This document shows positions 40,758 to 49,061 of a DNA stretch of 64,000 bases, piece by piece (within the stretch, counting starts at the first letter, position 1; each line of letters begins with the position of its first letter). Source of the stretch: Verrucomicrobiales bacterium (lineage in GTDB: Bacteria; Verrucomicrobiota; Verrucomicrobiia; Verrucomicrobiales; V1-33); NCBI GenBank assembly GCA_028293125.1, contig JAQGPJ010000003.1, positions 16,453 through 80,452 on the forward strand, written 5' to 3'. The translations under genes were made by a program, and so were the position numbers. The notes under the pieces were generated by a model. It did not search any database. It was not told where the DNA came from and saw only the letters and a list, made by a program, of their open reading frames with translations.

Positions 40758-42872
40758 ATGAAACTGCCTTCAGCGCCACGCCTCCCGGTCTCCAAAGTAC
40801 TCCTCCTCGCTTCCTGCCTTGGTGCTCTCCCCGCCTTCGCCCAAAGTCCTGCGGCCAACACGGACTGGCCGGAGTATCTGGGAGGGAAAACACGTAACAT
40901 TTACTCGCCGCTGGGGCAGATCACGCGGGAGAATGTGGCGAAGCTGGAGCCGGCGTGGACTTTCGACACCGGGGATGTGGGGGAATACCAGGCGAACAAT
41001 CTGATCATGGACGGGGTGCTCTACACCCCTTCGCCCTCCCGGCAGGTGATCGCGCTGGATGCCGCTTCCGGAAAGGAACGGTGGCGCTGGGATCCGGCGA
41101 AGGAGCGCTCCGGCAAGGGCAGCGGGCGTCAACGGGGACTGGTGTTCTGGCGGAATCCGGAGGGGGGAAAACGGCGGCTGTTCACCGGAGTGGGCGGGCT
41201 GCTTTTTGCGCTGGATGCGGCGACCGGGCAGGTCATCCGGAGCTTTGGCAAGGAGGGCGCGGTGGACTTGGCCTCGGGTCTGAACACGCCGGGGGTGATA
41301 TACCAGGACACGCTGATTCTCGGCGGTGTGGGGGGCAAGGGGGCGGTCCGCGCGCTCGATGCGCGCACGGGGGAGCAGCGCTGGATTTTCAACCTCATCC
41401 CGCAGCCTGGTGAGGCGGGTTACGACACCTGGCCGCCGGAGGCGTGGAAAACCGCCACCGGCCTGATGCCATGGTGCGGCCAGTCGCTGGATGAGGAGCG
41501 CGGCATCGTGTATGTGGCCACCAAGACGGCGGAGCCGGACTTTTACGGCGGGGCGCGGCACGGCATGAATCTGTTCGCCAACTGCCTTGTGGCGCTGAAT
41601 GCCAAAACCGGTCAGCGGCTGTGGCATTTTCAGATCGTGCATCACGATCTCCTCGACAAGGACCTGCCCTGTCCGCCGGTGCTGCTCACAGTGACCCACG
41701 AGGGAAAAAAGATCGACGCCGTCGCCCAGGGCACCAAGCACGGGCGGCTGTTTGTATTCAACCGGGTGACGGGCGAGCCGCTGTGGCCCATTGAGGAGCG
41801 GTCCGTGCCTGCCTCCACCCTGCGCGGCGAGCAGGCATGGCCCACTCAGCCCATGCCCGTGAAGCCCCCGCCGCTGATGCGCCAGCAGTACACGGAGGCG
41901 GATGTGTCCGACCTTTCCCCGGAAACGCACCAAATGACGCTGGACCGCGTCCGGGCCTCGCCGAATTTCGGTCCGTTCCCGGCTCCTTCCCTGAATGAGA
42001 CCGTGATGTTTCCGGGGTTCGACGGCGGCATGGAGTGGGGTGGCGGCGCGGCGGATCCCGAGGGCGTGTATTATGTGAATGTGAATGAGATTCCGTGGCT
42101 CATGCAGATGGTGGAGACCCGCCGCGCCGACGGCACGCCGCTGGTGCCGGGGGAGAAGGATTTCATGATTTATTGCGCCGCCTGCCACGGACTGGACCGG
42201 AAGGGGAATGCGACAGCGGCCTTCCCCTCCCTTGTTGATGTGAGTCAGCGGAAAACGCGGGAGGAGATCGAGCGCATCACCCGTCAGGGCGGCGGCCGCA
42301 TGCCTAACTTTGCGTCCATGCCGGAGCCGCAGCGGACGGCCATTCTCAACTACGTGCTGAACGAGCCGGTGTCCGCCACCCGCCAGGAGGCCGGCATTCC
42401 CTCCAATACCGCCGCCGCAGCCGTGGCCGCGGAGAGCGCCGTCCCGCCCGACTATGCCTTCACCGGTTTCAACCGCTGGGTCGACAAGGACGGCTATCCC
42501 GCCATCAAACCGCCCTGGGGCACGCTGAACGCCGTGGATCTCAACACCGGGGAGATCAAATGGAAGGTCCCGCTGGGCGAATATCCGGAACTCACCGCCC
42601 GTGGCATTCCACCCACCGGCACGGAGAACTACGGCGGCCCCCTCGTGACCGCCGGCGGTCTGATCTTCATCGGAGCCAGCGCTGATGAGACCTTCCGCGC
42701 CTTCGACAAAAACACCGGTCAGGTCCTCTGGAAAACGAAGCTCCCTTTCAGCGGCAACGCCACCCCCAGCACCTATATGCTGAATGGCCGCCAGTATGTC
42801 GTCATCTCCGCCGGCGGCGGCAAATCCGGCCGCCCCGCCGGCGGGAAGCTGGTGGCGTTCGCGCTGCCCTGA
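40758..42872 (+). CDS. PQQ-dependent dehydrogenase (beta-propeller) with an embedded c-type cytochrome domain
   Basis: Has a signal peptide, a PQQ-propeller N-terminus (DWPEYLGGKTRNIYSPL..., repeated G..RW/LW blade motifs), and the heme motif CAACH at 42174-42188 (aa 473-477). Further propeller blades follow the heme motif (LNAVDLNTGEIKWKVPLG, FRAFDKNTGQVLWKTKLP). Confidence 0.85.
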   Translation: MKLPSAPRLPVSKVLLLASCLGALPAFAQSPAANTDWPEYLGGKTRNIYSPLGQITRENVAKLEPAWTFDTGDVGEYQANNLIMDGVLYTPSPSRQVIALDAASGKERWRWDPAKERSGKGSGRQRGLVFWRNPEGGKRRLFTGVGGLLFALDAATGQVIRSFGKEGAVDLASGLNTPGVIYQDTLILGGVGGKGAVRALDARTGEQRWIFNLIPQPGEAGYDTWPPEAWKTATGLMPWCGQSLDEERGIVYVATKTAEPDFYGGARHGMNLFANCLVALNAKTGQRLWHFQIVHHDLLDKDLPCPPVLLTVTHEGKKIDAVAQGTKHGRLFVFNRVTGEPLWPIEERSVPASTLRGEQAWPTQPMPVKPPPLMRQQYTEADVSDLSPETHQMTLDRVRASPNFGPFPAPSLNETVMFPGFDGGMEWGGGAADPEGVYYVNVNEIPWLMQMVETRRADGTPLVPGEKDFMIYCAACHGLDRKGNATAAFPSLVDVSQRKTREEIERITRQGGGRMPNFASMPEPQRTAILNYVLNEPVSATRQEAGIPSNTAAAAVAAESAVPPDYAFTGFNRWVDKDGYPAIKPPWGTLNAVDLNTGEIKWKVPLGEYPELTARGIPPTGTENYGGPLVTAGGLIFIGASADETFRAFDKNTGQVLWKTKLPFSGNATPSTYMLNGRQYVVISAGGGKSGRPAGGKLVAFALP

Positions 42873-42999
42873 GTAAATTCAAGGAAAAGTAAATTAAAAA
42901 TTTTCACTGCCAATCCGCGCAAGGCTGCGGGAATCATTTCCGGTATTTCAACTTGGCTAAGGGTCACAGGCAGCTTAAGACCTATAAAGGTCGGCAAAA

Positions 43000-44481
43000 A
43001 TGAGCACTGCGGAAAAGTATTTCATCTGGCAGCCTGCGGCGGGCATCACGGATATCACCCCGTCATGGAGGGATTTGGCTGCCTCGGAAATCGAAAGTAT
43101 TAAAAAAATCTGGGCTGAGCAGCAGGACAGGTTGAAGGGCACCAGGCAGCTGGCGGAGTTCACGGAGCGGTTGAGCCGCGAATGGGCTATTGAAACCGGC
43201 ATTATTGAAAATCTATATCAAATCGATCGCGGAGTGACTCAAACTCTGATCGAACGTGGATTTCAGGCGGAGTTTCTGACTCACGGAGCCACTAATAAAC
43301 CAATCAGTTATGTGCTTCACCTTCTGAGAGACCAACAGGATGCGCTGGAGGGCGTTTTTGATTTTATAGCTCAGCGGCGGATGCTTTCCGTCTCATATAT
43401 CAAAGAACTCCATGCTGCTCTCGTGCGCAGCCAGGAATACACGGACGCCCTGGATGCCTCAGGGAAAATAATCGGAATTCCGCTGATCAAGGGTGATTGG
43501 AAGCAGCAGCCAAATTATCCCACAAAAATGGGGGTGGTTTACTCATATTGCCCTCCCGAGCAGGTGGCTTCAGAAATGGACCGCCTTGTGGCCATGCACC
43601 ATGCGCATCTGTCAGAGGGCGTGCCTCCTGAGGTTGAGGCCGCCTGGCTGCACCACCGTTTTTCACAGATTCATCCCTTTCAGGATGGCAATGGCCGTGT
43701 TTGCCGGGCCCTCGCCTCCATGGTGCTGATGCGTGCGGGGCTTTTCCCTTTAATCGTTACCCGGGATGACAAGACCCAGTATCTTGATGCGCTGGAGGCG
43801 GCTGACAAAGGGGACTTGAAGCCGCTGATCAATCTGTTCACCACTCTTCAGAGAACGCAATTCCGCAAAGCCACGGCGCTGCCCGAAAATATAATCGCCG
43901 CCGGTGCGGATATCGCCTCCGTGATGCGGAGCCTCATGCGCACAGCCGAAAAGAGCCGGGAATCACGTGAGCAGGATCAGAGGAGGGTATTTCAGCACGC
44001 CGAGACATTGGAGGGGGAAACGGTGACGTTTTTGGAGACCCTTGTGGGTCCGCTGCAGCAGGTGCTTCTGAAAATCAGCCCTAATGGAAAAGCATTCGTC
44101 AGCCGGTCCACATCCGAAACAAGCCATTTTCACCGTGCCCAGATTATTGAAAACGCCAACCAGCACCTTGATTACCACGCGGACACCGCTTCCTACAGAT
44201 CCTGGGTGGCGCTGAATTTGGTCTGGGAGCGGAAGGCCAGCCTCGTTTTTGCGATTCACGGAATTGGACGCCCATTCAGTGGCAGCCTGGTTTGTGCTCC
44301 ATTTTTTGAGTTCCGTGATGATGATGACGAGGCGCAGGTTCGTTCCACTGTTGTGCCTGTCGCGGATGAGGCTTTTGTTTTTTTCCACAACGAGCCATTG
44401 TCCAGTGTGCCGGAGCGTTTTCGTAGTTGGAGGGACAAGGTGATGGCGGTAGCGTTGAAGCAACTGGAACAAAGCCTGTAG
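43000..44481 (+). CDS. Fic-family protein (putative AMPylase) with an N-terminal inhibitory motif and a ~200-aa uncharacterised C-terminal extension
   Basis: The canonical Fic motif HPFQDGNGRVCR lies at 43672-43704. A [ST]xxxE[GN] motif, TGIIEN, lies at 43195-43212. The gene and its flanks are visibly lower in G+C than the neighbours. Confidence 0.9.
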   Translation: MSTAEKYFIWQPAAGITDITPSWRDLAASEIESIKKIWAEQQDRLKGTRQLAEFTERLSREWAIETGIIENLYQIDRGVTQTLIERGFQAEFLTHGATNKPISYVLHLLRDQQDALEGVFDFIAQRRMLSVSYIKELHAALVRSQEYTDALDASGKIIGIPLIKGDWKQQPNYPTKMGVVYSYCPPEQVASEMDRLVAMHHAHLSEGVPPEVEAAWLHHRFSQIHPFQDGNGRVCRALASMVLMRAGLFPLIVTRDDKTQYLDALEAADKGDLKPLINLFTTLQRTQFRKATALPENIIAAGADIASVMRSLMRTAEKSRESREQDQRRVFQHAETLEGETVTFLETLVGPLQQVLLKISPNGKAFVSRSTSETSHFHRAQIIENANQHLDYHADTASYRSWVALNLVWERKASLVFAIHGIGRPFSGSLVCAPFFEFRDDDDEAQVRSTVVPVADEAFVFFHNEPLSSVPERFRSWRDKVMAVALKQLEQSL

Positions 44482-44550
44482 CCTTTCCAAGTGGTTGCAG
44501 CTTTAAAATCTAAAATAACTGTTTGTTTAAATGATTTAAGCAACGAATAA

Positions 44551-46386
44551 TCATTTTTTTGACAGCGACGCAATAGCCTCATATTCCCTGACCTTCGGCT
44601 CAAGTGACACAATACCGGATGCCCAGAAGGCGGGATCAGTGAGATCCGCGCCAAGGGTTTCGCGGGCCACGGTTTCGCAGTCGGCAGAGCCGCTGAGGCG
44701 GAGGAAGGCCTCGTAGCCGGGGAGGAAGGATGCGCCCTCGGACTGGAAGCGGGCGAAGAGGGCTCGGCTCAGCAGATAGCCGAAGACGTAGGGGAAGTTA
44801 TAGAAGGAGACGCCGGAGATGAAGAAGTGCATTTTCGAAGCCCAGAACATGGGGTCCAGGCCGCCGGTCTCCAAAGTGTCGCCATAACATTTCCGCTGGG
44901 CCTGCTCCATGAGGGTGCGGAGGCGGGAGACGGGGACTTCGCCGGCGCGGCGCTCGGTGTAGAAGGAGCGTTCGAACTCGAAACGCATGGGAATGTTGAT
45001 GAGATAGGAGTGCGCGCGGTTCATCTCCTGATCCAGCAGCCACGCCTGAAGAGCCAGGCTGTCCGCGCCGCCGGTGAGCATTCCCTCAAGGAGGATCATT
45101 TCGCCGAAATTGGATGCTGTCTCCGCAAGGGTCATCGGATAGGCGGAGCGGAACAGACGTTCGCCCAGGAGCGCCCGCGAGTGCCACGCGTGACCGACCT
45201 CGTGGGCGAGGGTGATCACATCCTGCACGGTGCCGTGATAGTTCATATACACCCGCTCCTCCCCGCGGAGCGGCGAGCCCGTGCAGAACGCGCCCGGCCG
45301 CTTGCCCGCGCGGGGCTGGGCCTCGATCCAGTTGCGGTCCAGCATCTCGCGGAAATAGGCTCCGAGCGCGGGGTAGGCGGCGGTGAAGGCGCGGTCCACC
45401 ATTTTACATGCCTGCGGCCATGAAATGTCCGCCTCGCCGGGCGGGGCGATCTGCGGCGCTTCAAGATCGAAGAAATGCAGCGCCTCCGTGCCCTGAAGCG
45501 CGGCGGCGGCCCGCACGGCGTGGCGCGGGACTTCGATATGGGTGTGGATGGCCTCCATCATGGCGTCGAGCGAAGGCCTGCCCATGGCGGCGTCGAAGAG
45601 CGGCGCTTCCAGGAATCCCTTCTGCCCGCGCCGCCGGTAGAGCGAGAGCCGTGAGCCCGCGATGCCATTGAGCCCCGCCGCGAAGGTGTCGGCGTGATTC
45701 AGCCAGGGCTGCTGGCCTGAGTGAAAAGCGGCGGCCCGGACGGCGCGCTCCGGCGATGCCATAAGCGCGCGGCGGCGGGACATGGGCACGGTCTCCTCAT
45801 GGCCGTCGGGAAAAGTCATGGGGAAGGACAGCTTGGCAGTCAGGGTTTCATAAAGCCGGTTCCAGGCGTGCAGACCGTCCACATTCAGATCCGCCGCCAG
45901 GCTTTCCAGCTCCAATGGCATCTGGTGGCCGCCCGCCTCCCGCATGCGGCCCAGCCGCCAGGCGGCGTTTGCCAGGGCGGGATCGGTGGTCAGGGCATCG
46001 AATTCCGCGGGACTGAGCGCAGCCAGCCGCAAGCGCAGCGCGGCCTCGATTTTCAGCAGGTCCGCCTCCCGGCTGGAAAGCCAGGCCTCATCGGACTTTA
46101 CACCCTCATTGTCCGCGTCATCGGCGGACAGGCAGCCGAGGAAGGCGGAGAGATGCCCGGCCTTCACGGACAAATCCTCAAACGCCGCCAAGGCCGCCGC
46201 CAAGCTCCCGTTGGCGGTTGTTGTTGTTTCGCTTTGTTCGGTCAGGCTCCGGGTGAGCCTATCCTTGAAAGCAATATAATCCGGTGCGCCGAAGGCGCTG
46301 AACCAGGACTCAAGTGACCAGCGGTCGGACGGGGAGGCGGGGGCGGGGATGGCGGCGGGTTCCATGCCGCTGCTTATCGTTGCCAT
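44551..46386 (-). CDS. pepF: M3-family oligoendopeptidase F
   Basis: 611 aa with the zinc motif HEVGHAWH and a downstream Glu (TLAETASNFGE). The length and architecture are typical of PepF. Confidence 0.9.
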   Translation of the reverse strand: MATISSGMEPAAIPAPASPSDRWSLESWFSAFGAPDYIAFKDRLTRSLTEQSETTTTANGSLAAALAAFEDLSVKAGHLSAFLGCLSADDADNEGVKSDEAWLSSREADLLKIEAALRLRLAALSPAEFDALTTDPALANAAWRLGRMREAGGHQMPLELESLAADLNVDGLHAWNRLYETLTAKLSFPMTFPDGHEETVPMSRRRALMASPERAVRAAAFHSGQQPWLNHADTFAAGLNGIAGSRLSLYRRRGQKGFLEAPLFDAAMGRPSLDAMMEAIHTHIEVPRHAVRAAAALQGTEALHFFDLEAPQIAPPGEADISWPQACKMVDRAFTAAYPALGAYFREMLDRNWIEAQPRAGKRPGAFCTGSPLRGEERVYMNYHGTVQDVITLAHEVGHAWHSRALLGERLFRSAYPMTLAETASNFGEMILLEGMLTGGADSLALQAWLLDQEMNRAHSYLINIPMRFEFERSFYTERRAGEVPVSRLRTLMEQAQRKCYGDTLETGGLDPMFWASKMHFFISGVSFYNFPYVFGYLLSRALFARFQSEGASFLPGYEAFLRLSGSADCETVARETLGADLTDPAFWASGIVSLEPKVREYEAIASLSKK

Positions 46387-46477
46387 GGGGTCCAGGCAAT
46401 GGCGGATCGGAAGCGGGTGGCCACTGTGACCGGCGCGGTTGGGGCGGCTCTGCGGATTCAGGGTCAGGGAAGCCCCG

Positions 46478-47731
46478 TTATTCCTTCACCCGGATGCGGC
46501 GGTACTCCATCTGGCCGCGGTCGCCCTCAAGGCCGATGGGGCCGGTGGCGGGCAGGGCGTAGGCGGCTTCGAGGACCTCGCCGTTGCAGGTGCAATAGGC
46601 GGTGCCGCCGGTGACGGTGACCTCCATTTCATTCCAATCCTGCGGTTTGTATTTGGTCAGGTTTTTATACGGCCCGGCAATAAGATAGTCGCGGCACTGG
46701 AGTTGAGGCTCCCGGAGGAAGACGCCGCTGTCGGCATCCGGCGTGGCGCGGAATTCCAGACGCAGCGTGAAATCCTTCGGGAACTGCCGCACGGTCCAGA
46801 GGGCCGCGATTTTGCTGCCTTCCGAGGGCGTGGTCACAATGAGTTTGCCGTTTCTGGCAAAGTAGCGCTGGTCACTGCTGCGCGCCTGGCCGTCGAACGG
46901 AGCGCCATCCTTGAAGGTCCAGCCGGTGAGATCCTTGCCATTGAAGAGGCTGGTGAAGCCAGGTTCCGGCTGAAAAGGGTCAGGCTCCGTCTCCACCAGG
47001 CCGAGGGTGGAGAGCACCGGGCGCACCGCGGCGGCCCACTTATGGTAACCGGCCTCATTGGGGTGCAGCAGGTCAGGGAATTCGGCGGGCAGGGCGTCGC
47101 CATTGGCGTCCGCGAAAGGTTTCCATGTCTCCACCAGGGTGACCTGCGGCTGGTCCCGGACCACCCCGGCCAGCAGCTTGTTGATGGCCCTGATTTGATC
47201 CGCCGGACGGGACTTGGAGGCGGAGCTGGGGAAGACTTTGCAGAGCACCACCGGCAGGTCGGCGCGGTGGGCTTTCAGGGCGGCGATGATGAGTTTGATA
47301 TTGCCGGCGATGACCTCGGGGGTGGCTTTCTCCTCCAGATCGTTGGTGCCGGCGAGGATCACCACGGCGGAGGGATTGAGCGCCAGCACGTCCCCGGACA
47401 GGCGAACCAGCATGCCGCGGGTGGTGTCGCCGGAAATGCCCCGGTTGGCGACTTTCATCTCCCCGAACGACTTGCCGGCATCGTCGCCCCAGCCCTGGGT
47501 GATGGAGTCGCCCAGAAAAACCACCGCCTTCTGATCGCGCTCCGTCCGCTCCACCCACTGGGTGCGGCGCTGGAGCCACAGCTGGGTGAACCAGTCCATG
47601 CGCCGGATGGGACCGGCTCCCGGCAGCCCCTCATCCGTGGCCGGAACCGCGATGGGTGGCTTTTCGTCAGCGAAGGCGGAAAGCGGGGTGAGAGTCAGGG
47701 ACAGCAGCAGCGGAAGAAGGCGGATGTTCAT
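46478..47731 (-). CDS. secreted SGNH/GDSL hydrolase fused to a DUF1080 (3-keto-disaccharide hydrolase-like) domain
   Basis: The start is placed at ATG 47731 with a signal peptide (MNIRLLPLLLSLTLTPLSAFA). It has GDSL block I (VVFLGDSITQGWG), block III (GTND), and block V (DLLHPN). The C-terminal segment FTSLFNGKDLTGWTF...IGLEGDRGQMEYRRIRVK is DUF1080-like. Confidence 0.8.
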   Translation of the reverse strand: MNIRLLPLLLSLTLTPLSAFADEKPPIAVPATDEGLPGAGPIRRMDWFTQLWLQRRTQWVERTERDQKAVVFLGDSITQGWGDDAGKSFGEMKVANRGISGDTTRGMLVRLSGDVLALNPSAVVILAGTNDLEEKATPEVIAGNIKLIIAALKAHRADLPVVLCKVFPSSASKSRPADQIRAINKLLAGVVRDQPQVTLVETWKPFADANGDALPAEFPDLLHPNEAGYHKWAAAVRPVLSTLGLVETEPDPFQPEPGFTSLFNGKDLTGWTFKDGAPFDGQARSSDQRYFARNGKLIVTTPSEGSKIAALWTVRQFPKDFTLRLEFRATPDADSGVFLREPQLQCRDYLIAGPYKNLTKYKPQDWNEMEVTVTGGTAYCTCNGEVLEAAYALPATGPIGLEGDRGQMEYRRIRVKE

Positions 47732-47874
47732 TTCCTCTCTTTGACACGGAACCGGCGCGCTTGCCAAGCACTTGGAGCCCGGCCTGAAAAAATGTCCTCG
47801 ACCGCGCTACTGGAGGCTTATGCTGTTTCCTTCTAAAAGTCGGTGAAATGGGATCCTTTGGCATTTTCCTGATT

Positions 47875-48217
47875 TCAGACGGAAACGGGTGACAGCACCA
47901 AAGGGGCCCAGGGCAGCGCCCTAAAAGATTTATTCATGAACATTGTAAAGCCTTCTTCGGGGAAGCCGCCCCTGATGATCATGCCTTCGATTTCAGACCT
48001 TATCAAGAACGTCTTCAACCGCCCGGAGCTCAATGGCGGCGATATAAAATTCAAAATTTTTTAAATTCAGATTATCCAACCTTCCAACGGTCTTCTCCGA
48101 GGGCTGTTTCCACCGTAATGAAAGGCTGAATCCTCCTTGAAATTCCTTGCCTTGAACGACATGCCATGCTTCATTGGGTTCAGTGAAACATAGGTGTTTG
48201 GGGTAACTGATTTTATG
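47875..48217 (-). pseudogene. possible decayed gene remnant (two frames, no start codon)
   Basis: The minus strand reads HKISYPKHLCFTEPNEAWHVVQGKEFQGGFSLSLRWKQPSEKTVGRLDNLNLKNFEFYIAAIELRAVEDVLDKV*. After a frame change it reads SEIEGMIIRGGFPEEGFTMFMNKSFRALPWAPLVLSPVSV*. The text is protein-like but there is no ATG/GTG start and the region has low G+C. I cannot place it in a family. Confidence 0.3.
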
Positions 48218-48303
48218 TTATTATAATATGATTTTTCCACCCGCGGCGCTTCTCCTCTCCATCCACCGCCGGAAAGCGGATCCCGGCGCTCCCTCTCATG
48301 CCG

Positions 48304-48533
48304 CCGGTGACACCCATGCTTTTTTGGAGAATTCCGCCGGGGGGGATGGTTCGCATGCCATCGGAGGGGTGGCGTTGAGGTCGCAGGGGGGTGACGCCGG
48401 CGTCACCGGTGACATGCAAACTTTTTCCGGGATTTCCGCCGGAGGGGTGATGCCCGTGTCACCGGAGGGGTGGCGTGGAGGTCACCGGGGGGTGTCATCA
48501 GCGTCTCCGGGGGAGTGGCGGCCATGGCACCTG
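48304..48533. repeat. iteron-like array: two ~105-bp tandem units, each containing three or four 22-23-bp palindromic sub-repeats (GGTGRY-N6-GTCACC type)
   Basis: Unit 1 spans 48304-48409 and unit 2 spans 48406-48510. Both begin with ccggtgaca...ctttt...atttccgccgg. Sub-repeats include ggggtgacgccggcgtcaccgg (containing the perfect 18-bp palindrome ggtgacgccggcgtcacc), aggggtgatgcccgtgtcaccgg, aggggtggcgtggaggtcaccgg, aggggtggcgttgaggtcgcagg, ggggtgtcatcagcgtctccgg, and a degenerate gggagtggcggccatggcacctg. The two large units differ in length by 1 nt, so no reading frame is conserved. Confidence 0.8.
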
Positions 48534-49061
48534 ATCCCTCCATCACGCAGCCACCCTCAAAGGGATGGCCTGACAGGAGCCTTTCCGGAAACAGAAAAAG
48601 AGCGGGAGCCGGCATCCGAGCGGCTCCTGGTTCCGTCTCCGTGGAGGACCTGGCCGTCGCCTGCTCCCTGTCGGACCTCACTTCCGCCGCCATCGCCGGC
48701 GACTGGAGAAGTCTCAAACTTCGGCAGACTGGACTCAAACACAGGCGGTTTAGCTTGTTCATGGATTCAAAATCCGGATCTTGGCAAAGCTGAAATGGAC
48801 CTCATGCCTACGGAAAATGGTATCAGGCAGCGGCCCACTGGTCAAAAGCCGGCACCGCATGGAGGAGCGGCGCGGGAGAGAGGAGCTGATGATATATATT
48901 TAAAATTGAATTAAATAAAATTCCCGTTGGGACCGGATGAAAACAATCAATATAAATAACTGGAATTTGCCGCTTGTTCCGTCGTATCCGCAGGAGGGTG
49001 TTTCTTACTTTTCCGTCGAAATATCTTGAACGTGAACCGTGCTTCGCTAGTCTCCGCACCC

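Noticed and set aside
48072-48080. A DnaA-box-like ttatccaac near the AT-rich tract, raising the possibility of a chromosomal oriC
   Set aside because: It is a single imperfect box, there is no cluster of boxes, and no dnaA/dnaN neighbourhood. The evidence is insufficient.
48304-48533. A possible CRISPR array, given the regularly spaced ~22-23-bp repeats
   Set aside because: The units are contiguous with no unique spacers between them, are shorter and more degenerate than CRISPR repeats, and no cas genes are nearby.
48228-48914. The ORFs 48228-48914 (+, 228 aa) and 48403-48762 (-, 119 aa) covering the repeat array
   Set aside because: The two ~105-bp tandem units differ by 1 nt in length, so neither frame preserves a repeated peptide. 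The composition is low-complexity and no motifs are present.
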